Source: Takakia lepidozioides (Eukaryota > Plantae > Bryophyta). From it: a stretch of 64,000 bases of DNA. The position numbers were made by a program, and so were the translations under genes. The notes under the pieces were generated by a model. It was not told the origin of the DNA and did not search any database. It saw only the letters and a list, made by a program, of their open reading frames with translations. This document shows, in pieces, positions 37,373-49,815 of this stretch. Every line of letters begins with the position of its first letter. The first letter of the stretch is position 1. The stretch covers positions 31,248,001 to 31,312,000 of the forward strand of contig CM060733.1 in assembly GCA_030704615.1 (NCBI GenBank). Reading direction: 5' to 3'.

Positions 37373-37619
37373 ACCAACAGTTAGTAGCTCAGTTGGTTAA
37401 GTGCATTGAGTGCCACCCAGATGATTCTGGGGTCAAATCATGCTACTTGACGGGTGTAGTATTCTCTTCTCCCCCTTCCCTAGGTGGTGTCCCATTCATA
37501 CGTCTCCATGGCACGGTTACTGTGAAAGAGGTTATTTTCTCCTCTCATTACTTATTACGGGGCCTGAATTGTGAGCTGTCGCTCCCAGGTGTTTCCCTTT
37601 TGAAAAAAATAATAATAAT
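37373..37619 (+). mobile_element. tRNA-derived SINE, family copy 2
   Basis: accaacagttagtagctcagttggtt (A box) ... ggggtcaaatc (B box) ... ggtgtttccc followed by an A/(AAT)n tail. Confidence 0.85.
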
Positions 37620-37937
37620 GAGGAAGTAAGGGTGCTGGCCGTGCAAGGTCCGGGCATGGAAAAGGCAAAGGCGAAAGCAAAAGTTTAGGGCAGTGGTGAG
37701 CCAGTTTTGGCGAGCTAGATGAAGACATGGAGGGGGTGGCCCCACATGTGTGGCCAGGCGTGTGGAGCCTAGGGATGGGGGACTAGGGAGCCAGAGTCAT
37801 TACGACGTGGCGACCATTAAAGACAAGAACAACTGAGCAAAGCAAAATAACAAATAAAAATCTAGACAAAGGAAGAGTAATATAGTCTTTGTCAGAGCCA
37901 TTTGTGACAATAGGAAACACATCAAAAATTCGCGCGC

Positions 37938-38158
37938 CTTGGCGGGCCGTGGACGTCCTTCCGTCGGTCTCCTGTACGAGACCGAGACTCAAATTGAGGC
38001 CAGACTCCACCCCATGAGCAGCTTGGCAGGCCGTGGACCCCATACTCAAACTCACACCAAACTCCAGCTTGGCGGGTCGTGGACGTCCTTCCGTCGGTCT
38101 CTTGTACAAGACCGAGACTCAAATTCAGGCCAAACTCCACGCCATGAGCAGCTTGGTG
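37938..38158. repeat. About 130-bp tandem duplication
   Basis: cttggcggg.cgtggacgtccttccgtcggtctc.tgtac.agaccgagactcaaatt.aggcca.actccac.ccatgagcagcttgg occurs twice. Confidence 0.85.
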
Positions 38159-38774
38159 GGGCCCGATGGTAGGACACCATTGGAGATGCTCTCAGGGCAG
38201 TGAGGCGGTACGAAGGGTCCATGGAGGCCGTTTACCGTTACTATATAAAAGCTACTGCATCTAGGTTCCGACAAGCTGTCATTCCTCCACGCAAGGTACA
38301 ATAATATTTCATTGCTCACATTCGGGAGCCCTTCTCTCCATTCAATCCGAGCCGTGTCTCCTCCAAGCTGCAGAAGCTGCTTGAGGATATCGTTTGGTTG
38401 GAGCTAGGCAATGAGGGTGCATTCTCTCGACGCCTTCCAAGCAACACTTTGAAGAGGTTTATGGGCAAATTTTAATCTCTAGCCTTCACTGCCATGCTTG
38501 ATTGGATAGGGGTTCAACAGTGAGATCTGCAATGTGAAATCTCTGATCGAGGAAGCTTGTCGTCAATTCCTTAGTTGGGTGGTTTTAAGCGAGGTGTCTT
38601 TAGTTACACTCCCAATCTTCATGGAAGCTTGCATGTCTGTCAATTCTAAAATTGGGTTGACTACTACATAAGTGTCTAAGTTACAAACCTAGCGCTCCGC
38701 ACCAAATAGGATTGTAGATAAAGAGTCCAAGAAATACCAGTTGCCCGAGCAACTTTACAGTAATATTGAGCAAA

Positions 38775-39596
38775 TGTTGGAAAACCACTGGCGTGTGGTC
38801 GGGCTAGGGATTGAACCTAGGACCTCCCCTATTCCGGTGGGATGCTCTACCACTGAGCTACCCGTCTCATTCTGTTCTTAGAGCATCCCCACCCTTCTCA
38901 CTGAAATGGCCCCTCCATGCTTATTTTGACTTCAGTGGTTGATTCAGGACTCTGGAAAGGTGTGTGAAGGGGTCGGCTGCTCGTAGGCACACCCTTGCCC
39001 CTCGTTACACCCCTGTATCCCCTGTATCCTATGTCACTGCCTTGCTGGAGTTCCCAGCGAGGTTCTCATACGCTCTGACACACTTCTCACACGCTTCTCA
39101 TACGCTTTTGACACGCCCTGACATATCCATGGTCGGGCCGACTCGGTTCAGGGACGGGTTTAGGATGTTGAATATTGTGCACGGATTCAGTGAAAGAGAG
39201 GTGGTTCAGTGTCTGCCCTTTACGGCATATACGGTAGCAGGGCAAGGGTGTGGTACGTTTGCAGGGAAGTTTGCACCTGTATACGAGAAGTAGTCGGGTG
39301 CAAGGGTCCCATAGAGGCATAGAGTGAGGATGCTCATAGAGTGTCGTGCACGGCTATAGCCTTGTCACCTCCAATACTCCCCCTCGAGGCATAGCCCTTA
39401 TGCTAATGCCCACCCACTCTGACCACCGCCCCAACCTTGGCTCTGACACCATGTTGGAAAACCACTGACGTGTGGTCGGGCTAGGGATTGAACCTAGGAC
39501 CTCCCTCATTCTGGTGGGGTGCTCTACCACTGAGCTACCTGTCCCATTCTATTCTTAGAGTGCCATGCCAGGGCTATAGCCTTGACACCTCCAACA
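38775..39596 (-). mobile_element. TRIM (non-autonomous LTR retrotransposon) with tRNA-like module in its LTRs; LTRs 38775-39376 and 39452-39596, 75-bp internal region
   Basis: Both LTRs begin tgttggaaaaccactg and end cacctccaa(c/t)a. On the minus strand the internal region has PBS TGGTGTCAGAGCCAAGGT (tRNA-iMet type) and PPT GAGGGGGAG. LTRs contain tagctcagtggtagagc...ctaggttcaatccctag. A third partial LTR copy lies at 39644-39767. Confidence 0.85.
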
Positions 39597-41732
39597 GGTG
39601 TAAGTGTAAACTTGTGAGGTCCTTTCTGAGATTACCTACCCTAGTGGTCGGGCTAGGGACTGAACCTAGGACCTCCCCCATTCCGGTGGGGTGCTCTACC
39701 ACTAAGCTACCCGTTCCATTCTATTCTTAGAGTGTCGTGCAACGGCTATAGTCTTGACACCTCCAACAACAAGTAAGTGTAAACTTGTGAGGTCTTTCGG
39801 AGATTACCTACCATAGATTACTTGCTGAATGTGATAATCAGCATGATCCTTCATGGTTTGGATGGGTCGGTGTTGAATCATCGGAAGCATAAGTGTGTGC
39901 GTGTGACGATCTGGTTTCCGATCATTACTACATGCATGTAGGCATCTCTTTATTGAGTTCTTACGAGCCGCCTTTATTCGGAGCACTGCCGCACGCCAAG
40001 AGAGCAACCACCCATAGCTACTTTGGTTAGAGGAAGACTTGACTGGCAACTGTTAACTTCAATTTGTGAGCAGGGACTTAAGTTCACTTTCACTGAATTG
40101 TCTAGATGTTGTCCTAGCTACCCGGTGTCTTGCCGTACAAGAGAGGGGGAGGAGGATAGTGGCAGGGGAGGCGTGCACTGAACTAAGCAATTGTTATGGT
40201 GGTTCTTGGACTAAAGCAGTCAGCGACAGGTTGCTCCGTGGCAGCGCTGATTTTGTTTGGTCGGTGGAAACCACACTGTATTCAAAGTTTCTGATCAAAG
40301 TTGAATTCCATCACCTCTAGGTTGCTTCACCACAACCTCTAGGTTGCTTCACCACAGGTAATCTTGAGGACGATGCCACCCTCTCCATTTCTATGGTGGA
40401 TGCTACCAGTTGCTTTGCTAGCAACAAAAATCAAACAAGCTTTAGAGATTGATTTCACCCATATAAGCTTATGAAGCATCTTTAATGGTTGGGGGCAAGC
40501 CCATCTCATCAAGCTTAGGAACGTCGAAGGGAAGGTCCAACACATCTTGATATAATTACTCCCCCTAGCTACTGTCTAAGATGACTGTGTGGCCTCCCAA
40601 TGCTTGGGAGCCCTCGTGGTGTTATCTTACGATTAGTTTCTCTGGAGGAAGAGAACAACCTCTCATCTAGATATACCTCACTGATGGAGCACACAATGCT
40701 AGAAAGACATAGACCTTCATTCTCTACACACAATGCATGACGTTGAGCACACCACTACTTCCTATATCTATTCAAGTCACATTAGTGAGGATAAATGCAT
40801 GGGAACGTAAGATGTCTTGGACAACTATGGGCCTTGACCTCTCAAACTTGCAATAAGTATAACTGGGGAAGAAAATTATACAGGTTAAGTGGGATCTATC
40901 TGTAAGATAGTCTTTGCAACACATCCTCACCTAGATGTACCACTTGATCTGCATGATCAGGTTGCGGGAGGCTGGAAGCCCGCACTCAGGTGGAAGAGGC
41001 TTAGAGCTAAATTGAAGGTCATTGATTATGTGGATATGTTTCCTACCTAGGCCCGGCAGCAAGTAGGAAGAGATTTCGTTTGGAAGCGTGCATGTCTTGG
41101 TCTCATCTAATATTGAGTCATCAATATCCATCAGTTTTGGGACACTATTTTTGAAGTGTCTGCAGAATAAGCATTGGAAACTGCATATTTCTGAAGAATT
41201 CTCCGAAACAAAGAGGCTCTGACATTCATTGTTTTCTTTGATTCGATGACTTACTCTAAATTTATAATATTTGTATGCTCACTAGACAAGAGCGACATAT
41301 TCTGGTGGTTCTCCCTGCAGATATATAGTATGGAAAATGCAGCCCCAGTGGAGTTGGAGGTTGAGGTTGCCATTTCACCATGGGCATGGGCAATTCTGGT
41401 CGTGATGCTGGGACTACTCGCGTCAAGCTTCACATCCCGAAGTTCCAAAAAACAGACTGTTACAAGTAACGAGACAATGAAGCTGGTACCTGCAGTCAGC
41501 TGGAGTCTGCCCTTTGTTGGAGAAGGCCCTCGAATTTTGTGGCAAGGAATACATACGTTCCTTCGCGATCGCTTTCTCAGGTTTACATTCGTAATTAGGC
41601 AGTCATGCACCCCAATGCATGATTCATGACAAGACCCTAATAAATTATTGGTAATATGCACATGCATTTCGTTTATGAATATAGCTATCAGATGAGCCTG
41701 ATACTTGAGTGCCATATATATATATATATATT

Positions 41733-41936
41733 GGAAACACATCGGAGCGACACCTCACAAATCAGGCCCCTTGATAGTGAGAGGAGAAAATAACCTCTTT
41801 CATTTATGCGCCATGGAGGGGAATGAGTGGGACACCGCCCAGGAACCATACCACACCCGTCAGTAACAAGATTTGACCCCAGAATCATCTGGGTGGCACT
41901 CAGTGCACTTAACCAACTGAGCTACTGACTGTTGGT
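41733..41936 (-). mobile_element. tRNA-derived SINE, family copy 3 (in P450 intron 1)
   Basis: Same head and body as 37373; (AT)n tail at 41714-41731. Confidence 0.85.
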
Positions 41937-44440
41937 AATATTTAATTGACTAGAAAAAGATATAGACATGCCATTGCTGAATTTAAAAATTTTCAACACA
42001 ATGAAGGAATTGTGTGATGCGTCTTTTTTTTTTCTTTTTTTCTTTTTGGGTAAATGATCTCAGATAGAGCATTACATACATAGCTTGGGTGGTTGACAAG
42101 TTTGTCTTCCCCAGTTTAATATCTACATGATGCAGTGTTTTTGAAATTAAGAATCTGAAAATTCAACATGTAAGGTGGAAATTTCTGAAATCGTCGGACA
42201 ATGTTATTTTTAATTATTATTTTGTGCCGAAACTGAAAAGCTTCTCTAGAGTATCTCTCTTGCGGTGCCGGAATGTATCTGCTCAAGTGAGGGGTACTAA
42301 GAAGCACAGTCCGCAAGCCTTGAAGTCTAACTTAGAGATCTCTGACTGCCGCACAAACTTGACTATATTGGTTCCAGCGAGTCACTGAAATTTAATATTG
42401 CACTGTGCGTGGAATTGTTTTCTTTTAGACGATCTAATTATGATGTGGACGGACCTTGCTTGCAGATGTGGAGAGCTTTACCGAATGTCAATATTGGGCT
42501 ACCCCATCATCGTCTTGAACTCTCCTGAGTCTATCAAGTTTGTCACTTCATCTGCCCACAGTGTGCTCCCTGTTAAGTACCCTAAATTTGCTTTGGAGCT
42601 AGTGTACCGAGGAGACCTTGCTGACGACGAACTATGGGCTGCAAAAGATTATCTCATTAAGATGACAGTGGCAACATTCTCGGGTCAGAATCTCCGCAAT
42701 AGTTTCCCACGCATCAACCGCCGAGCGTGTGAAGCAGTTGACTCTTGGATACAGATAGGAAGAGTGAATGCAGTTCATGCGATACTTAAGGTACCTAAGT
42801 TTACACACAAAAGCCCATGAATCTCTCCACTGGCAGCAGTTTGTCATGCATGAACATTATACATGCCAGTCTTGCTGATACCTCGGCTGATACCAAACGT
42901 TTTTGGCTTGAGTGATGTTTTGCAGTTTTCCACTCTTACATTTATGGACCTTGCGTGGACAGAGACACCAGAGAAAGAAATAGAGGGTGTGCAGGAAGAA
43001 ATCGCGATAATTAAAAGAGGGTTCTTCAGTGTACCAATCAATCTTCCCCCTTTTGCCTACTCCAAGGCATTGAAGGTGATGGTCCCCTTCACCATCCTAG
43101 TCTTCTCCCCTCTCTTCAATCTTTCGGTTTCCCATTGCTATTCTTGAATCGTGACTGTTGAGGGGTTATTGTAGATGTTTTTTGTTACTAATTGTTCAAC
43201 CGTGGTTTGGATACAAATTGGTTGTGTTGGTGTTGCCTAAAAGGATGGTTTCTTCTATTTGTCGTTATATGAGATATTATGCAGGCCCGAGAAGCATTTA
43301 TTGGCCGTATTCTGAAATGCATAACAAAGAGGATTGAAGAAGGATGCCAACGAAAAGACCTTTTAAGATTCATGATGGCGGATAAGACCCACAACTATTC
43401 ACATTATGACATGGCTTGCTTCATGCTTGGCGAGTTCTTTTCGTTTGTGTTTACAATATCAAGTGTGCTTCCATGGCTTATCAAATATCTTCACGACTAT
43501 CCATGGCTTATCATTCAGGTATTTCACGATAAAAGTGTTGAATCCATTCAGGTATTGTTCAGTTCCACACAACCATTCAACAATTGTTGCATTTGCCTAA
43601 CAATGTCCAAAGTTCATTCTTATTTAAGCATTTCTGTCGACAGCCTCCAAATTACATGTGTTTCATCAATGTGAACATGAATTGGATCATAAATGTTCAA
43701 GCCATCTAGGTTCCAAGTATGTTTCTATCCAAAACTCTTCAGTGTGTTGTGCATGTTGTGTATATGTTGGCTATGACCCTTAAGGACACAGACTTTGCAT
43801 GAAGGCAATATTGTGGAGAATATGTGGGCAACTGTCCTTTCCGTGTCAAGACTGTTTCTTGTGTCCAAAAGCTTTCATTGGTGTGTATGGACAACCAAGT
43901 TGTAGCCCAAGCGGTAATGGGCACATACCACCTCGGAAGTGCTTGTGGGTTCAATCCACCCTTGGGTATCACAAAGGTGTCATTCCGGGTGAAAGACACA
44001 ATAATTTACGCTTCCTTCGGGAGGCGTCAAATATTATTATTATTGGTGTGTATGTTGTGGTGAGTCATGTCAACTAGGAAGTTTCAATAGGGCTACCTAC
44101 TAAGGGGCTACCTCCCCTTTTCCAAATAAAATAAAATAAAAATGCAATAGGCTAGGAAATGATCATTTGTTTCTAGTAGAATAACGTAATATCTAGTAAA
44201 AAAATCTTTAATAGTTACTTAAATTATAAAAGCACTTGAAATTATACATCGCATTACAATATCAACCCCTTTCGTTTAACCTTCCCGCACTACCTTTCAC
44301 AGTTTGCTGATTGTTCTAACTTAGATTGATACATTTATGCTACTTTAGTAGGTATCTGAATTGCCACTGGTGTTATAATAAGTATGATAATCTAAGAACA
44401 TGTATTGTTGTTGTTGTTGTTGTTTTTTCATTTTTTTGTA

Positions 44441-44636
44441 AGGGAAACACCTAGCAGTGACAGCTTACAAATCACGCCCCTTAATTGTGTGAGGAGAAAA
44501 AGGCCATGAAGGCGTCCAAATGGACACTTCCTAGGGAGGGGGGAGAGGAACATACCATATTCGGCAAGGTGGATTTGACCTAGAATCGTCTGGCTGACAC
44601 TCAGTGCACTATCCAACTGAGCTACTGACTGTTGGT
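44441..44636 (-). mobile_element. tRNA-derived SINE, family copy 4 (inside the P450 locus)
   Basis: Same head and body; A-rich tail; sits in a (TTG)n tract. Confidence 0.8.
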
Positions 44637-44817
44637 GTTGTTGCAATTTCTCAAAACTAACAACTTCAATTTAGGGCCCATCCCCGAAAGGGGGCAGTAG
44701 CCACAAGGGTGAAGTGGCTCTTAGTTACACCGGCTTCGGCCGGAGTCTTCTCTCTCAACTTCAATTGTATGATGTAAGCATTTAACAAGGAAGACAATAG
44801 GAATAATGTAAGAACTT

Positions 44818-45378
44818 AATGGACGCGTGTGATTTGATAGTACTTTCGTCGGATTCCGGCAACCCAGGCTCCTCCAGCAGGGCCACTGTCAAATCCTCCC
44901 ACCCCTTCTTACCTCAGTTTCACTATTATCAAATACTTAAGAATCTGAGGGGGTTGCAACTGTGGTGGGTAGTGCGACAGTAAGGTAATAGCATTACAGG
45001 CGGTGAGGTTCAGGGTTCGATTCTTGATGAGAGGCTCTTGTAGTGTAACCCTGGTTGATGTAACCCTCCAGTTGGTGTAACCCTCTGCAACCCCGGTTTC
45101 TCATGTAACTCTGGTTTGTCCATTTTATACTTAGCCACATTTGGACTTAGTCAAGTTTCGAGACCAAGTGTAGGTTACACCAACTGGAGTTACATTCCAT
45201 TATGTGTAACCCCGAGCGGAGTTACACACCTCGTCATGTAACCCAGTGTACCCTAGACTAGAGTTGACACTCCTTCAGTTCCATGTCACTCTCAAGAGAG
45301 GGTGGGGATGATTTGACGTGCCGGAAACCGGCGTACCATCCTGTCAGAGGTTGCACGTGTGCCTATTATCGTCCATTT
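44818..45378. mobile_element. Putative MITE with imperfect long TIRs
   Basis: Termini aatggacg/cgtccatt; subterminal gtcaaatcctcccaccc / gggtggggatgatttgac; internal gtaacc/ggttac repeats. Confidence 0.45.
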
Positions 45379-46299
45379 AACAATTTTCCCAAGTCATTTA
45401 GCTTTTTGTAGTGTATCCAAATGTAATTGATTTGTGTATTATCATGTGTCAAAAGACGCCTCCCAGACCCAACACATTTTTTCCTTTCGGAGGCGGCGCA
45501 CACTTATGCCCAGGACAAGACATAGCACGAGCGATACCACTCTTTCTAGTACTCCACCTTGTGACCAAATGCAGGTAACATGTTTATTGTTATGCAGTAA
45601 TTACAAGTTTTGTATGGTGGTTGGTGATGTAATGTTGCATCATGTCTTATTGAGATGTAAAATAGTATCTTTGCTCGTGTTGTGTATATATATATGATAA
45701 TTACCATCAATAAGTGCCTCTTCGCTCGCGATTGATAATACAACTATTCATTTATATCTGGCTTGTTCTAGTGTGTTGCAAAGGACCCACTCTCAATGAC
45801 ATGCCCAAGGGACACTACATATTAGCACACATTTTGTTGTCTTTAGCATTTTCACAAATGTGCTAGACTCGGCTTGGCAGGTGGGATCGGGTGGGAGCTG
45901 ATGAAGTCCGAGACAACTACAAACTGAAGAGAACCTACATCCCCAAAGATGGATTTCCAATGTTGGTTCGAAGCCGTACTTCTTGATGAGGAGGACCTTG
46001 CGATGGGCACTCCAACATTATGGTAAGCATACTGAAACAATGCTTTACTTCACAGGACCATAAAAAATAAATAAATAAATAAATAAAAACCGGAATACAA
46101 AACACATCTGAGTGTGCACTACCGTACTTACCTAGCTTATTAGGCACTTCTGCGTCTAATAATTAATAAAATTGAAATATTATTAGGCAAATTCGTTTTT
46201 ATTATTTAGGCACCTCACCTAGGTAATTTAGTACAGTCGACCTTAGATAAATGTTACCTGCTTTTTAGTTATTTCACCCTTAATGTTATGAAATTGTTA

Positions 46300-46750
46300 C
46301 TGACATTGTAAGTGTCTCAAATGCCTGTTGGCATTCAGCTGTCCATGCAAACACTGCATCCTTCTTCAAAAGCTTGCTCAATGGTGCTGCCATCTGTGCA
46401 TACCGTCTGACAAACCTTCTTTAATAGCTGGTTTGTCCAAGAAATCTCCTTAGAGCCTTAACATTTACTGGTGGTGGGGATGCTTTAATGACCTCAGTCT
46501 TTTGAGGATCCACAAGCAGTCCCTTCTTACACACAATGTGTCCCAGATATACCCCTGAGTTCACAAAGAAAGTACATTTTTCTGGATTCAGACCAAGACC
46601 TCTCATCCTGCATCTGGCCAAACATAATTCCAACTTCTGCAAGTGCTCATTCTTAGAGCTGTACACACTGAAGTCATCTAAGAACACTTGCATGAAATCA
46701 TCCAAATACTCATGGAAAGATTCACTTATCACTCTCTGGAAAGTTGCTGA
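46300..46750 (-). mobile_element. Ty3/Gypsy reverse-transcriptase fragment
   Basis: ATFQRVISESFHEYLDDFMQVFLDDFSVY...LNPEKCTF...LGHIV...RRFLGQTSY; closely resembles the RT at 58.4-58.9 kb. Confidence 0.9.
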
Positions 46751-47190
46751 CTATAGCGTTATTGGATATGTGTTGTGAAAATATGGCTCTCCTCTCCATA
46801 GTTGTTAGATCTTATGATGAGCCTTAATATAGTTGGTTTGAGAAAACATTCATCCACTCTTATCAAGGATCTATGGTTTTTATCAAAAGGCACCACGTCC
46901 ATAACAAAATAACATAATGAACAATTATTTTTTACCTCCCTCAAAGACTATTGTTGAGGTAATTTCTTTTTAGAAAAAACATAATGGTTTTGAAAATAGA
47001 TATTACTCAACAATAGTTTGTGAGGGACATCAAAAACAATTGTTGAGGTAATTTTCTTTTAAGGATATCAAGGATGATGATGTTCATAACCTTAACATTC
47101 TCTCAGATTCAGAAATTCACATGAGATAGGTGATGAGACTTATGAGGATGTAGTTGCATCAATGCATGGCCCTTTGGAAGTTGTGTGGAC

Positions 47191-47677
47191 CAGTGTTGGT
47201 CTGGTATGGGTATAAGACCCGAATATCAACGCTGGTATCAACCCTCATATCAGGGACCAGACCGGCCCGGTCTTAAGTTCTACAATACCAAGTCATATAC
47301 CAGACCAGGCTGGTATCCATTTTCTCATACTAGCCACAGTACCAATACCCCCCGCCATCTTCCTCATTTGCTCTGGTATGTGTATTATACTAGTTTATAT
47401 GTACATACATGTACTTATTTATATTTACTTTATGCTTATTGTATTTGTTTTTACTCGATATTTGATAAATTTGTAAGTCAAATGGCTTTGGAATGATACC
47501 ATAATTGATATCTCATACCCGCTGGTATTTGTGGTCATGATACTCATACTCATACCAGTCTCTGGAAAAAATTACATCCACCATTATATATAGACTAGAC
47601 TGGTGTGAAAATTTTGTGATGGGGCTGGTACCAAGACCAGTCTGGTATGTCCTAAACCTGATACCATACCAACACCG
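47191..47677. mobile_element. hAT-type MITE
   Basis: Termini cagtgttgg / ccaacaccg with exact 8-bp TSD gtgtggac (47183-47190, 47678-47685). Confidence 0.85.
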
Positions 47678-48234
47678 GTGTGGACTTGAAATTTTCAATT
47701 TAGGCATTTTTTACCTTTTTTCTTAACTAAATAATATAATTTAGGCATTTCTTCTACATATTTGGACATTTTGGTATTTTTCACAATTTTTGAGCAATTA
47801 AGCACTTATGTGTATTTTTTTCCAAGTTTTAGGCACATTTTCCAAAAATGTTCTAAATTTGATTAGGCACTTGATTTTGAATTAATTATTTCCTAATAAG
47901 CTAGGTAAGTACGGTATTTATCAAGCTAAAAGTCAACAGCCTAATTATCATACCCCCTACAATCCCTCACCAAGAGTCGGTGGTGAAAGCCATGAAAATA
48001 GGAGTCTACCAACCAGCAGCCTAATTACTTAAGTAATTCACCTACTTCTAAAGGTGCTTAATACCTGATGGCTAGGCTGAGAGTTAAAGGTAAAGGTAAA
48101 TTAACACCCCCTCTCGGTTCTAAGAAAGCCAACCAGAGGATAGGTGTGAAGGAAAGCAGGTGATTATGCCGAAGCAACCTATGTCGCTTACAACTCATAG
48201 ACCGGACTCAAGAATGAATTGATCACTTACTCTA

Positions 48235-48385
48235 TTTTTGTCTTTTGCTTGACATCTGCAAGGCTGCACACTCCCAAAGCTGCTCTAAATTTCTCGAATT
48301 TTATCCTTCAAAGTGGCTTTGTCATTAAGTCTGCAATCTGATCTTGAGTTGACACATGAACTAGATCAACCTCACCACTCTCTAC
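48235..48385 (-). mobile_element. Ty1/Copia RNase H C-terminal fragment
   Basis: Minus strand reads SGEVDLVHVSTQDQIADLMTKPL*RIKFEKFRAALGV. Confidence 0.75.
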
Positions 48386-48831
48386 GGGGATGTATGTTGC
48401 ATGAGCGGTGAGCGGGTTTAAGCATGAGCATGAGCATAAACTAGTTATGTGAATATTTTTGGAATTTGGCACAAGTATAGAGGCAATTTTTGAGTGTTTT
48501 TCATGTACTCAAACACGTAGGTGAACGATCAAATGTTGCATCGACCTTAGGTTCGAGAACCACAACGTAGGTTCGGGAGCTACCGGACCTAGGTAGTGGT
48601 TGCCGATTATAATTGAATAGTGCTATAGATGCGGTCACTGCGGGGATAGGCCCGTCTTCTATAACCGCGGTTATTTTTATATTTTTTATTTTTTTCTCCA
48701 AAAATTCCCGCAAATTCCCTGATGACTTCCACGACCACTTCCACGACGACATGTTGGTTTTGGTGGATGCCATAAATGACAAAAATATCAAATTATCATG
48801 ACATTTGTGAATTCGATGCAATTAGAATGTA

Positions 48832-49510
48832 CCATAGTGGAACGGCAGATTAGGCACTTTAGTGCCTAATAATTATTCAATCTGAAATTTTCTCTTTAAG
48901 CACTTTAAGAAAGAATTTATATAGATTAGGCACATGTCATCCATGATATCTCATGTTTAGGCACCTTTCATCACTTGGAACTCTCTCATTTCATCCCCTC
49001 CCTCTTCTTTCCCAAGACAAACCCTATGACAAGTCATGTCATTTGCAACAATGCTATCTCTTTTGTGAAGATGGCATGAGAGAGCACAATGCACGGTACT
49101 GACGTAGATGTAGAGATGGGTAAATTGGAGGAACTTCTATCTTGATGTCGAGGTGGTGGAGAGCACGAGTCGCTGCCTTGGAAATTTGCGCATGAAAGAC
49201 ACAGATATACCTAACTTGAGGTGATCAAGAATTCAATGATGAACATTTGCAGGATGTTCGGGACTCATTGGAAGGTCCTATAGAGGTTGTATGGACCTAG
49301 GGAATTGGCCAATATTTTTTGAATATTTATGGAGATTTATTTATTTATTTTTGCTTCCAATAGAAATTCTATAGAGTTTAGAGAATTTTATTGAATGGGG
49401 CACTTTCATGTTATTTTTCCAGCCTTTTAGGCATAAATATTGAAAAATCACAGATTTCCTTAGGCAATTTTTTAAATTTAAGTTGTGCCTAATTTGCCGT
49501 TCAACTACGG
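48832..49510. mobile_element. Tc1/mariner-type MITE
   Basis: Imperfect 26-bp TIRs ccatagtggaacggcagattaggcac / gtgcctaatttgccgttcaactacgg, with TA on both flanks. Confidence 0.75.
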
Positions 49511-49815
49511 TAGGTGAGCTATGAGAGCACCCACTCGACAAATTTTCCCGAAACCTTGACATTTTGCCAAGCAGGTCAGTGATGCATTTGAAGAGCTGCG
49601 TATGTGCCATGTCTGCATAACCATTTTGAAAAACAAAATGATATGATATATCGTAAGATATAAAAATTGATGGTACTATAAATGAGAGTGATCACAGGAA
49701 GTTAAATGAAAGACTTTTTAGCTTGGTTTGCTAGAGTACCACAAAGAAGGATATGCCTACGTGGAGGGTGCAGAGTACATATTAAGTAGCAAATAACTAG
49801 ACTCATGCAACTCCA

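Larger units (their letters stand above)
41330..45986 (+). pseudogene. Cytochrome P450, CYP85 clan; exons 41330-41580, 42466-42790, 42926-43075, 43285-about 43518, 45456-45574, 45881-45986; J/K-helix and meander exons not found
   Basis: N-terminal TM helix plus SWSLPFVGE; FFSVPINLPPFAYSKALK|AR; heme motif PFGGGAHLCPG; C-terminal PKDGFPM. Exon sizes and phases fit CYP85-clan genes. No ExxR-coding exon located between 43519 and 45455. Confidence 0.8.
46122..47914. mobile_element. Non-autonomous Tc1/mariner-type TIR element with nested cargo
   Basis: Perfect 23-bp TIRs ccgtacttacctagcttattagg / cctaataagctaggtaagtacgg, with TA on both flanks. Confidence 0.85.

Noticed and set aside
38795-38865. 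Functional tRNA gene
   Set aside because: Acceptor stem pairs only about 4 bp, the anticodon loop lacks U33, and the module lies within LTRs in three copies.
40339-41131. Short minus-strand ORFs upstream of the P450
   Set aside because: Unassignable; no conserved motifs recognised.
49146-49152. tgtcgag as the start of element A's LTR (inverted match to ctcgaca at 50362)
   Set aside because: It lies inside a separately bounded MITE (48832-49510), so it is likely coincidental; the LTR start is left approximate.
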